Source: a virus
DNA length: 64,000 bases
IMG/VR virus record: IMGVR_UViG_3300042197_002147
Location: 92,712 to 156,711 of that record
Strand: one strand, 5' to 3'
The position numbers were made by a program, and so were the translations under genes. Shown in pieces: positions 1 through 8,975 of this stretch (position 1 is its first letter; each line of letters starts with the position of its first letter). Under the pieces are notes generated by a model. It was not told the origin of the DNA, did not search any database, and was given only the letters and a program-made list of their open reading frames with translations.

Positions 1-470
1 CCGAAGATAGCAATGTATTTGATCAAGCAGAAATGGATTGCGTTTTTACATCTCCTCCATACTACTCCACTGAACTTTACAATAAGGGAGGGGAGAAAGA
101 AGAAAATCAATCATGGCATCGTTACCCTGATTATAGCGATTGGTTAAACAAATTTTATCTACCAGTGATGAAACGAGCATATGATTGTCTTTCTTGGCGT
201 GGCATGATGATGATTAATATCATGGATCCAACAATAAAAGGAAAGCGTTATAGAACTTGTGATGAAATGGTAGATTATATCACATCAATTGGTGGTAATT
301 TTATTGGTCAGATTGGGATGAAGATAAAGCAAAGACCAAAGAAGATGGAAAAGGAAGAATTGTTGGAACATTTGGCAGCAGATTTTATTGAAAATATTTG
401 GTGTTTTTCAAAAACACAATATAAGTGGATACAAAAGAAGAGAGCAACGCTCGAAGATTTAATGGAGTAA
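1..470 (+). CDS. DNA amino-methyltransferase (N4C/N6A), 5'-truncated by window edge
   Basis: Frame open from base 3; catalytic motif FTSPPY, followed by YS..E..QSW typical of phage MTases. Confidence 0.8.
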   Translation, partial: EDSNVFDQAEMDCVFTSPPYYSTELYNKGGEKEENQSWHRYPDYSDWLNKFYLPVMKRAYDCLSWRGMMMINIMDPTIKGKRYRTCDEMVDYITSIGGNFIGQIGMKIKQRPKKMEKEELLEHLAADFIENIWCFSKTQYKWIQKKRATLEDLME

Positions 471-474
471 TATT

Positions 475-828
475 ATGACAAGAGATGAATTATTGGCTTA
501 TCATTCGGAATTGTGTGCAGATGCAAAGGCATTAATGAGTTTAAAAAATAAAGATTATGCTGGAAACGAAGGCATAGAACCATTTGCAAATTTTACAAGA
601 GTAGAGGCAATGGGCATTTGCAAAACAGAACAAGGATTTATGGTCAGACTCACCGATAAGATGAGTCGTCTTTCTTCCTTTATTCGTGCAGGAAAAATGC
701 ACATAAAGGACGAATCGTTCAAAGACACTTGCATTGATGTAATCAACTATATGGTTCTTCTTGCCGCATATTTAAAAGATAAAGAGCAATCTGACAAGAA
801 TAATATTGGTACAACAAATAAATCTTGA
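475..828 (+). CDS. DUF1599 / nucleotide-modification-associated (MazG-like) protein
   Basis: KNKDY..PFANF...RLTDKMSRL...ESFKDTCIDVINY pattern. Confidence 0.7.
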   Translation: MTRDELLAYHSELCADAKALMSLKNKDYAGNEGIEPFANFTRVEAMGICKTEQGFMVRLTDKMSRLSSFIRAGKMHIKDESFKDTCIDVINYMVLLAAYLKDKEQSDKNNIGTTNKS

Positions 829-841
829 TATAATAACTTTC

Positions 842-2320
842 ATGTCTTTTTATACTAGTGTATTTTCTTATGGTAACAAAATTCTTTACAGAGAACGAAA
901 CGAAAAGGGTTCTGTAAAGGATGAAATTTATTTCAAACCATGTCTTTATGTAAATACTGACAAAGAAACAAAGTATAAAAGCATTTATGGTAAAAGTCTT
1001 GAGCGAGTAGAATTTGAAAGCAAAGACGATTACATGAAATTTATAGAAAGATACTCCGATGTGTCTGGCTTTGAAATACATGGTGAGATGCAGGCGGAGT
1101 ATCAATTTATCAGAAACAAGTATGGAGACATAAAACCAAATTTTGATCTTCTTGATATTGCTTATATTGATATCGAAACTACTTGTGATGTTGGTTTTCC
1201 AAAGATAAACCAACCTGAAGAAAAAATACTTGCAATTACCATCAGTAGAAAGAATGAAGAACCTGTTGTTTTTTGTCTTGGTGATTATATTGCAAAAAAT
1301 AACGAAACAGTATTTACATTTGATAATGAAGATAATCTTCTGTATAAGTTTTTAGAGCACTATTCAACAAGATGCCCAGATATCATCAGTGGATGGAATG
1401 TTAGATTTTTTGATATTCCTTATCTTTATAACAGAATGAGAATGCTTTTGGGGGAAAAAATTGCGAAGAAACTTTCGCCTTGGAACATTATCAAGGAAAA
1501 GAAGGTTCTTCGGAAGAAAACAGGTCAGGAAGAAACTGTGTTTGAAATTGTTGGTGTTGCTACTTTGGACTATATGGAACTTTATCAAACATTTACATAT
1601 GTCAATAGAGAATCATATAGTTTAAATTACATTTCATACATAGAATTGGGGGAGAAAAAACTTGATTATACTGAATACGAGAGCATTCAAGAATTTTATC
1701 AAAAGAACTTCCAAAAGTTTATTGAATATAACATCAAAGATGTCAAATTGGTTGAACAGCTTGACGATAAGCTCCAACTGATGAAGTTGGCAGTTTCTCT
1801 TGCCTATTCTGCCGGAGTGAATTTTAATGATGTATTTTCTCAAGTAAAAACTTGGGATGTTATTATTTACAATTATCTGGCAAAAAGAAACATTATCATT
1901 CCTTCCAAAAAGAAATCAAGAAAAGACGAACAATACATTGGTGCATATGTAAAGGAACCAATAGTTGGTATGCATAAGTGGGTTGTTTCTTTCGATCTTA
2001 ATAGTCTTTATCCACATCTGATTATGCAATATAACATTTCTCCAGAAACACTTACGGCAGATGGTATGCGTGGGACAGTTTCGCCAGATGGAGTTTTGAA
2101 AAATGGTTTAGTATCAAATGGTTATTTGAAGGAAAACAAAGAAAAAGATTTATCAACTGCCGCAAATGGTACGACATATGTAAAGAATCGCCGCGGATTT
2201 TTGCCAGATTTGATGAATGAAATGTACAAAGATCGTAAAATGTACAAATCAAAAATGATTGAGGCAGAAAAACAACTTGAGGCAGTTAATAATGAGTTAA
2301 AGCAAAGAGGTATTGGTTGA
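842..2320 (+). CDS. gp43A: T4-like DNA polymerase B, N-terminal subunit (exonuclease + palm A)
   Basis: ExoI DIET, ExoII SGWNVRFFDIPY, ExoIII YNIKDV, motif A SFDLNSLYPH; ends within the fingers domain. Confidence 0.93.
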   Translation: MSFYTSVFSYGNKILYRERNEKGSVKDEIYFKPCLYVNTDKETKYKSIYGKSLERVEFESKDDYMKFIERYSDVSGFEIHGEMQAEYQFIRNKYGDIKPNFDLLDIAYIDIETTCDVGFPKINQPEEKILAITISRKNEEPVVFCLGDYIAKNNETVFTFDNEDNLLYKFLEHYSTRCPDIISGWNVRFFDIPYLYNRMRMLLGEKIAKKLSPWNIIKEKKVLRKKTGQEETVFEIVGVATLDYMELYQTFTYVNRESYSLNYISYIELGEKKLDYTEYESIQEFYQKNFQKFIEYNIKDVKLVEQLDDKLQLMKLAVSLAYSAGVNFNDVFSQVKTWDVIIYNYLAKRNIIIPSKKKSRKDEQYIGAYVKEPIVGMHKWVVSFDLNSLYPHLIMQYNISPETLTADGMRGTVSPDGVLKNGLVSNGYLKENKEKDLSTAANGTTYVKNRRGFLPDLMNEMYKDRKMYKSKMIEAEKQLEAVNNELKQRGIG

Positions 2321-2345
2321 CATAAATAAAATGTCGTGATATACT
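2317..2345 (+). promoter_or_regulatory. sigma70-type promoter; leaderless start of the SPOUT-tRNA operon
   Basis: TTGACA-17 bp-TATACT, with ATG at 2353. Confidence 0.75.
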
Positions 2346-2352
2346 TCTCTTT

Positions 2353-2904
2353 ATGGAAACGAGAAACATCATTGACCATTACCATTATTGGAACCATGAT
2401 GCAATACTTGCCGATCTGGATACGAAAAGAAATAATTTTACTGTCTGCTGTTGTAATGTTGGAAACGACTTTAATATTGCAACAATTATTCGGAACGCAA
2501 ATGCCTTTCTTTCTAAAGAAGTTTGGATTTATGGCCGAAAGCAATATGACAGGCGCGGAACAGTAGGAACACACCTTTACACTAAGTTTAGGCATGTAAA
2601 GGAAATTGAAAGTCTCACTAATCAAATTGAAAATCTAAAGCAGACTTATAACTGCGTTAAAGTAATAGGAGTAGATAATGTTACTGATGGAACAAGAATT
2701 TGCTTGCCAATTGACTACTACACTTGGGATTCTGAGTGTCACCATCTCATAATTTTTGGTCAAGAACAAATTGGAATTCCAAAAGAAGTTCTTGACATTT
2801 GCGATGATGTTGTCTATATTAGACAACTCGGTTCGGTAAGAAGTTTGAATGTTGGTACTGCAAGTGGAATTGTGATGTACGATTATTGTAGTAAAGTTCT
2901 TTGA
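2353..2904 (+). CDS. SPOUT (SpoU/TrmH/TrmL-like) RNA 2'-O-methyltransferase
   Basis: NVGNDFNIATIIRNANAF, IFGQEQIGIP and VRSLNVGTASGI motifs. Confidence 0.88.
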   Translation: METRNIIDHYHYWNHDAILADLDTKRNNFTVCCCNVGNDFNIATIIRNANAFLSKEVWIYGRKQYDRRGTVGTHLYTKFRHVKEIESLTNQIENLKQTYNCVKVIGVDNVTDGTRICLPIDYYTWDSECHHLIIFGQEQIGIPKEVLDICDDVVYIRQLGSVRSLNVGTASGIVMYDYCSKVL

Positions 2905-2911
2905 TATTTTG

Positions 2912-2994
2912 GCCTCGGTGGCGGAACAGGCAGACGCAATAGATTCAAAATCTGTCGTCCTATGGACATGAGGGTTCGATTCCCTCCTGAGGCA
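2912..2994 (+). tRNA. tRNA-Leu(CAA)
   Basis: Cloverleaf, ATAGA-TTCAAAA-TCTGT anticodon arm, long variable arm, GGTTCGA T-loop. Confidence 0.93.
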
Positions 2995-2995
2995 C

Positions 2996-3066
2996 TGCCT
3001 TGTGGTGAAATGGTATCACAGGAGACTTTGAATCTCTTTTTCTTGGTTCGAGTCCAAGCGAGGCAA
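2996..3066 (+). tRNA. tRNA-Gln(TTG)
   Basis: GGAGA-CTTTGAA-TCTCT anticodon arm; TGCCTTG/CGAGGCA acceptor. Confidence 0.92.
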
Positions 3067-3070
3067 TTTT

Positions 3071-3144
3071 GGCGCGGTAGACCAATCGGCAGAGTCGATA
3101 GACTTAAAATCTGTGTAGTGTGGGTTCGAGTCCCACCCGCGCTA
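3071..3144 (+). tRNA. tRNA-Leu(TAA) with short variable loop
   Basis: ATAGA-CTTAAAA-TCTGT arm; 74 nt; 5-nt variable region. Confidence 0.88.
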
Positions 3145-3151
3145 TTTAAAT

Positions 3152-3296
3152 GTACGGTGTCTGTTAAGCAGACTAGGACAATCGGCTGGCCAGCGGTTTG
3201 TCTGAAAAAACAGAGTTTGAGGTCCAATAAACGGGTAAGCGAGGGTCGTAGACCTCACCTCATACGGTTGAATGGATGCAAGTTCCTCGCCGTACT
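3152..3296 (+). ncRNA. Candidate enlarged tRNA-like RNA of unknown function
   Basis: GTACGG/CCGTAC closing stem, GGA-TGCAAGT-TCC T-like arm, several internal hairpins; lies inside the tRNA array. Confidence 0.55.
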
Positions 3297-3303
3297 AAAT
3301 ATT

Positions 3304-3375
3304 GCGGATGTAACTCAATGGTAGAGTGCTAGCCTTCCAAGCTTGCTGTTGAGGGTTCGAGTCCCTTCATCCGCT
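3304..3375 (+). tRNA. tRNA-Gly(TCC)
   Basis: CTTCCAA loop; GCGGATG/CATCCGC acceptor. Confidence 0.93.
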
Positions 3376-3397
3376 TTGAAGTAATAGGATAATTGAT

Positions 3398-4195
3398 ATG
3401 AATAAAGATAAAACTATAATTAGATGGATGTTAGAAGAAAATCCCGAAGGAAAATGTCCTTATATTGTATCTTTACCGGGAAAAAAAAGAGAATGGATGG
3501 ATGTCAACAATGGTCATGCATATCGTTGCTTGCCTTTAAGTGTTGCAAATAGTTTTGGTTGGGAAATTTTAAATCCAATATCTTTTAGCGCAACATGGAA
3601 TGGAAATATTGGAAATCAAAATGCCATTAAATTTGATTTCTGTGTAGAAAGTGAAGAAGATAATACCTTCATCAAAAAAAATAATATAAGTTCACACTTC
3701 GGAAATGGTATAATAACATTTTCGTATCTTGGATTTATTTTTAGAACATCCGAGGGGCACAACCTATTTGTAAAAGGTCCAACAAATCATTTTAAGCATG
3801 GCGCGCAAGCACTTGAGGCAATAGTTGAAACTGATTGGCTTCCTTATACATTTACATTGAATTGGAAACTGACAAAACCCAACGAAACTGTCCAGTTTTT
3901 TAAGGGAGAACCACTGGCTACAATTTTTCCAATTCCAAGATATTATCTTGAATCATTCGATGCAGTAGATCAAAGAGAAGATCCAAACTCTGATTTTGCA
4001 AAAGAACATAGAAGTTGGGCAAAAAAGAGAGAAGAAATTAAGTATAGTGAAAACTCTAATCATTCCCTATATACTAAGGGTATTCAGAGTATGGATTCAA
4101 AGAAAAAATTTGAAAACCATCAAAGATCAATAAATGCGTGTCCCTTCCATAGAAAGGAAATAGATAATGGAACAATTTCAAGCGAAAACAATTAA
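3398..4195 (+). CDS. DUF6065 family protein
   Basis: REWMD...HAYRCLPLSVAN.FGWEIL and GP.N..K.G...LEAIVETDWLPYTFT.NW. Confidence 0.75.
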   Translation: MNKDKTIIRWMLEENPEGKCPYIVSLPGKKREWMDVNNGHAYRCLPLSVANSFGWEILNPISFSATWNGNIGNQNAIKFDFCVESEEDNTFIKKNNISSHFGNGIITFSYLGFIFRTSEGHNLFVKGPTNHFKHGAQALEAIVETDWLPYTFTLNWKLTKPNETVQFFKGEPLATIFPIPRYYLESFDAVDQREDPNSDFAKEHRSWAKKREEIKYSENSNHSLYTKGIQSMDSKKKFENHQRSINACPFHRKEIDNGTISSENN

Positions 4196-4736
4196 TGGAT
4201 TTTTAAGTAAGAGTGAATGTGAAACACTATTAAATTATGCAAAAACCACAGATATGTGGAAACCGATTCCAAATGATTTTTGGGACAAAAGAACTATAAA
4301 TTATAGAGATTTGCCAAAAAACATTAAAGAGTTGTGTGAAAAAATTATTTTAAGACTACAAACAACACTTCACAGTGAATATAATTTGGAAGAAAAAATA
4401 TATCCAGATACTATAGATGTTGTTCGTTGGTTTGATGGAATGAAACAAACTCCACACTGTGATGATATGTCTGATAATGAAGAACAGCATAAGAGATTTG
4501 GTGAAAGATATTTTGGTTGTGTAATTTATTTAAACGACGATTATCAGGGTGGTAAAACATACTACCCGGAACACAATTTCGAAATAACACCAAAAGCAGG
4601 AACAGTTGCAATGCATTTAGGCGATTGCAATCACAGACACGGTGTTACCGAACTAAAAGGAAATACTAGATATACTATTGCCAGTTTTTGGGGTTTCAAC
4701 AAAAACAAAGCTTTACCGGATATTGAATATGTCTAG
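4167..4736 (+). CDS. 2OG-Fe(II) oxygenase (prolyl-4-hydroxylase-like)
   Basis: HCD...IYLNDDYQGG...HGV...G.RY. Confidence 0.88.
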   Translation: MEQFQAKTINGFLSKSECETLLNYAKTTDMWKPIPNDFWDKRTINYRDLPKNIKELCEKIILRLQTTLHSEYNLEEKIYPDTIDVVRWFDGMKQTPHCDDMSDNEEQHKRFGERYFGCVIYLNDDYQGGKTYYPEHNFEITPKAGTVAMHLGDCNHRHGVTELKGNTRYTIASFWGFNKNKALPDIEYV

Positions 4737-4857
4737 AGAACATTCTGCTGGAAAAGGTGATTCTTATCGTAAAGTAGATAAAAAACAATACGATAAAAAT
4801 TACGAAGCAATATTTGCCAAAACAAAAATAAAAACTTCAAAAAGGAAGAATAAGTAA
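4729..4857 (+). CDS. Small basic phage protein (42 aa)
   Basis: MSREHSAGKGDSYRKVDKKQYDKNYEAIF..., read from sequence; fills the gap. Confidence 0.6.
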   Translation: MSREHSAGKGDSYRKVDKKQYDKNYEAIFAKTKIKTSKRKNK

Positions 4858-4865
4858 TTAATTGT

Positions 4866-4938
4866 TCCTCTGTAGCTCAGTTGGTAGAGCAGAGAGCTGT
4901 TAACTCTCGGGTCACTGGTTCGAATCCAGTCGGAGGAG
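4866..4938 (+). tRNA. tRNA-Asn(GTT)
   Basis: GAGAG-CTGTTAA-CTCTC arm; canonical D and T loops. Confidence 0.95.
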
Positions 4939-4943
4939 TTTGT

Positions 4944-5277
<334 letters not shown>

Positions 5278-5280
5278 TTT

Positions 5281-5973
5281 ATGAAAAACAATTTGTTTGT
5301 GGATAAAGAATGGGAATTTTTGTTAATTGATAATATTTGTAAAACAATTAGACAAAAATTTACAACAAAAAATGTTGGCATTTTGCAACTAAGTTATGAG
5401 TACTCTGGATTAATGGCTCAATTGGTTGCACACAAGTTGTCAACAAAAAATGAACCACTAGATATAGAACCAATTAATATTCCATACACAAATGAGTTTG
5501 ATGTAGTGATACATCCAAATCATTTAGATCCTTATGAAAATTTAATAGTATTGGATTCGGGGTGTCTTTCTGGTAATAATTTTAAAAAAGTAGAAAAAAT
5601 ATTATTAGATTATGGTTTTAGTAGAAATAATTTATTTTTTACTTGCGTTGCGAGTGATTTAAATTCAATATTTGTTCCAGATTATTGTCCTTTGTGGTTT
5701 AATGGAACAAAAGACATGATTCATTTTTGGTGGGAAACAAAAACAAATAAATTTGAAAGGAATAAAATGCAAAACTACACGCCTGGTCAGGGATATAAAG
5801 ATGGTTACAGAGATCGTGAAGAAGGAAAAGCAAATATGGCTGCCGTCGGTCGTGTGACAGAAAACCATGTTTATTGGGATGAATATAATCTCGGATGGTC
5901 TGAGGCGGATAGAAGAATTATTGACGAAGCAAGAAATAACACTAGCACCGGCAAGAAATTTTTGGTAGACTAA
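5281..5973 (+). CDS. Phosphoribosyltransferase-fold protein, apparently fused to a small downstream gene
   Basis: LIVLDSGCLSG PRPP-loop-like motif and FWWE; internal RBS and ATG at 5767. Confidence 0.55.
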   Translation: MKNNLFVDKEWEFLLIDNICKTIRQKFTTKNVGILQLSYEYSGLMAQLVAHKLSTKNEPLDIEPINIPYTNEFDVVIHPNHLDPYENLIVLDSGCLSGNNFKKVEKILLDYGFSRNNLFFTCVASDLNSIFVPDYCPLWFNGTKDMIHFWWETKTNKFERNKMQNYTPGQGYKDGYRDREEGKANMAAVGRVTENHVYWDEYNLGWSEADRRIIDEARNNTSTGKKFLVD

Positions 5974-5977
5974 GTAC

Positions 5978-6574
5978 ATGATTTGGTTTACAAGCGACAC
6001 ACACTTCAGTCACAACAATATTCTTCACTATACAAACAGAGAACAATATTTTAAAAATGTGAACGAGATGAATAAGGCGCTTATTCACAATATAAATGAT
6101 TGTGTTTCCAAAAAAGACACACTATATCATTTGGGTGATATTTCTTTAGGTAAGGGAAAACACTGGACATCCAGTATTAATAATATTTTTTCTAACATAA
6201 AGTGTGAAAATGTTCACATTGTGCTTGGAAATCATGATCCTTCGATTCGTTCAGATCATGTTAATAATAAGAATTTTAAGTCAATACAACACTATCTTGA
6301 AATAAATATTGGTGGTTATGTGGCAAAGGCACTTAAAAAATTCAATGTATGCATGTATCACTACCCGATGACTACATGGAACAAAAAATGTCCGATACAT
6401 CTTCATGGACATTGCCATGGAAAATTGGGTTTTGTTACTTCCCCGTATAAAGAGGGTTATATTCGTTATGATGTTGGTGTTGATTCTGAGGGCCTAAATT
6501 ATAGACCAATTTCAATAGTTCAACTGATGAGTCACTATACAAGTCAAATACCAAAGGATAACGAAAATGTTTGA
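5978..6574 (+). CDS. Calcineurin-like metallophosphoesterase
   Basis: SDTH, LGD, GNHD, HGHCH motifs. Confidence 0.9.
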   Translation: MIWFTSDTHFSHNNILHYTNREQYFKNVNEMNKALIHNINDCVSKKDTLYHLGDISLGKGKHWTSSINNIFSNIKCENVHIVLGNHDPSIRSDHVNNKNFKSIQHYLEINIGGYVAKALKKFNVCMYHYPMTTWNKKCPIHLHGHCHGKLGFVTSPYKEGYIRYDVGVDSEGLNYRPISIVQLMSHYTSQIPKDNENV

Positions 6575-6770
6575 AACTGCACAAATTATTCTAACATCTG
6601 CTGTTTGTTATGGAATTTATAAAATAGCTTATGAAAGAGGTTATGATGCAGGACATCATATTGGTTTTACTGCCGGATTATGGAAAAGTTCTGAGAGAAA
6701 AAATATTCAAAAACAAATAGTAAGACCATCAATAAGAAAAGTAGAAAAACAATATAGTTTGGTTGACTAA
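6567..6770 (+). CDS. Hypothetical protein
   Basis: ORF overlapping the upstream stop; GYxxG repeats. Confidence 0.55.
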   Translation: MFETAQIILTSAVCYGIYKIAYERGYDAGHHIGFTAGLWKSSERKNIQKQIVRPSIRKVEKQYSLVD

Positions 6771-6791
6771 TATATTTGTTTGTGTTAAAAT
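6763..6791 (+). promoter_or_regulatory. sigma70-type promoter for gp43B (leaderless)
   Basis: TTGACT-17-TAAAAT with extended -10 TG; ATG 6 nt downstream. Confidence 0.65.
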
Positions 6792-6797
6792 ACATTT

Positions 6798-7913
6798 ATG
6801 AACTTGCGTGAACTAACAGACAAACAACTGTTGGATCTTAAGCGTAAACTGGAATATGATATCTCGGAATATCACAACTTTCAGTTGGTTAAAAAGATTC
6901 AATTAAATTCTGCATATGGTGCAATTGGTAATGAATTTTTTCGTTACTATAGCACAGAGATTGCAGAGGCAATTACCCTGTCGGGACAGCTTTCGATTCA
7001 GTTTATTATGAACGAATTGAATGCTTTTGTTAACAAAACTCTAGAAACAAAGGACATTGATTATGTCATTGCATCAGATACTGATTCTGTTTATCTCAAT
7101 TTATCTGGGTTCGTTGATAAGTTCATCTCTAAGCAAAAGTCAACACAAGATGTTGTTGCCTTACTCGACTACCTCTGCGAGAATGTCATTTCTCCTTTCA
7201 TTAAGAAAAGGTATGATGAACTTGCTCAAAAGATGAATGCATATGAAAATAAAATGGCAATGGGTCGTGAAGTTATTGCCGACAAGGGAATCTGGACTGC
7301 CAAGAAGCGTTATATGTTAAATGTGTGGGACAGCGAAGGTGTTCGTTATACTAAACCAAAACTCAAAATTAAGGGTATTGAAACCACACGAAGTTCTACG
7401 CCAGAAATAATTCGAGAACATCTCAAAACCGCAATTGATATTATTCTAAACAAAGATGAGGATGCTCTAATAGAATTTACTGATAAGGTTAAATTGGAGT
7501 TTTTCTCTCAACCAGTAGAAAAAATTGCATTCCCACGAAGCGTAAATGGATTGGATAAGTATAAAGACAATTATTATATCTACAAGAAGTCAACTCCAAT
7601 TCATGTGAAAGCGGCATTAATTTATAACTTTCACATAAAAAAGAATGGATTGGAAAAGAAATACAAACTAATCAATGAAGGTGATAAAATCAAATACTTT
7701 CATTTGAAGAAACCAAATCCATTTGGTGGTGTTAAGGGCGAAGATCATGTTGTTGCATTTTCTACTTCTATGCCAAAGGAGTTTAATTTAGAAGCATATG
7801 TAGATTACGCAACACAATTTGAAAAATCATTTCTTGATCCACTTTCAAATATACTAAATGTAATTGGTTGGAATTACGAAAAGAAAAATACACTTGAGAG
7901 CTTATTTTCATAA
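6798..7913 (+). CDS. gp43B: T4-like DNA polymerase B, C-terminal subunit
   Basis: KIQLNSAYG (motif B), SDTDS (motif C), KKRY, C-terminal clamp-binding TLESLF. Confidence 0.93.
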   Translation: MNLRELTDKQLLDLKRKLEYDISEYHNFQLVKKIQLNSAYGAIGNEFFRYYSTEIAEAITLSGQLSIQFIMNELNAFVNKTLETKDIDYVIASDTDSVYLNLSGFVDKFISKQKSTQDVVALLDYLCENVISPFIKKRYDELAQKMNAYENKMAMGREVIADKGIWTAKKRYMLNVWDSEGVRYTKPKLKIKGIETTRSSTPEIIREHLKTAIDIILNKDEDALIEFTDKVKLEFFSQPVEKIAFPRSVNGLDKYKDNYYIYKKSTPIHVKAALIYNFHIKKNGLEKKYKLINEGDKIKYFHLKKPNPFGGVKGEDHVVAFSTSMPKEFNLEAYVDYATQFEKSFLDPLSNILNVIGWNYEKKNTLESLFS

Positions 7914-7922
7914 GGAGAAATT

Positions 7923-8975
7923 ATGAGCGATTTTCTAAAAACATTTATTAAAGAGTCTGGTAATCAATTTGCATCTTTGGTCGATGACGGACTAGAGGGA
8001 AGTGATGTTAAGTCTTATGTTGACACAGGGTGCTATATTCTAAATGGTCTTGTTTCTGGCGATATCTTTAAAGGATTTCCAGACAACAAAATCATTGCAC
8101 TTGCAGGAGAACAGGCAACTGGTAAGACATATATCACAATGGGAATGATTTCTAAGTTTTTGAATGACAATCCAGAAGCAGTAGTTCTGTATTTTGATTC
8201 TGAACAAGCAGTTACCTCCGATATGTTCCGGTCGCGTGGAATTGATCCTAAGCGAGTTGCTGTCTTTCCAGTATCGACTGTTGAGGAATTCCGTCGTCAA
8301 GCAATTACAATTGTTGACAAGTATCTTGAGATGCCAGTAGAGAAGAGAAAAAAGACAATGATGGTTCTTGATTCTCTTGGAATGTTGTCTACCTCGAAAG
8401 AAATGAATGACACTGCCGAAGGTAAAGAAGTTCGTGATATGACCCGAGCACAAGTTATCAAGTCAACTTTCCGTGTTCTCACTGTAAAGCTTGGAGTTGC
8501 ACACATTCCGATGATTTTCACAAATCATACCTATGATGTTGTTGGTGCTTATGTTCCTACTAAGGAGATGGGTGGTGGTGCTGGTCTGAAGTATGCTGCA
8601 TCAATTATCGTTTATCTTTCAAAGAAAAAGGATAAGAATGCAGATGGTGAGGTAGTTGGTAATATCATTCATTGCCGTCTAAACAAAGGAAGATTTACCA
8701 AAGAGAATAAGATGGTTGATGTTCGCTTGAACTATGAAACAGGTCTTGATCCTTACTATGGACTTATTGACTTGGCAGTTGAGCATGGTATACTTAGCAA
8801 AACCGCAGGAAGAGTTGAACTTCCAAATGGTAGCAAAATTTTTGAGAAGCAGATGTATGAAACACCTGAAAAATATTTTACAGAGGAACTTCTTAACAAG
8901 ATTAATGAGGCAGCAGTTAAAGAATTCTGTTACGGTACATCCGAGACTGAAGAAGATAATAAGGATAATGAATGA
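7923..8975 (+). CDS. uvsX: RecA-like recombinase
   Basis: AGEQATGKT Walker A, VLDSLG, MGGG.G..YAAS. Confidence 0.93.
   Translation: MSDFLKTFIKESGNQFASLVDDGLEGSDVKSYVDTGCYILNGLVSGDIFKGFPDNKIIALAGEQATGKTYITMGMISKFLNDNPEAVVLYFDSEQAVTSDMFRSRGIDPKRVAVFPVSTVEEFRRQAITIVDKYLEMPVEKRKKTMMVLDSLGMLSTSKEMNDTAEGKEVRDMTRAQVIKSTFRVLTVKLGVAHIPMIFTNHTYDVVGAYVPTKEMGGGAGLKYAASIIVYLSKKKDKNADGEVVGNIIHCRLNKGRFTKENKMVDVRLNYETGLDPYYGLIDLAVEHGILSKTAGRVELPNGSKIFEKQMYETPEKYFTEELLNKINEAAVKEFCYGTSETEEDNKDNE

Noticed and set aside
3152-3296. Canonical or intron-containing tRNA-Phe
   Set aside because: 8-nt loop, no canonical D-loop, non-TTC T-loop and extra arms; kept as a tRNA-like ncRNA
2883-3324. ORFs 2962-3324 (+) and 2883-3227 (-), and N-terminal extensions of ORFs at 4881, 59572 and 60750
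   Set aside because: They overlap clear tRNA genes
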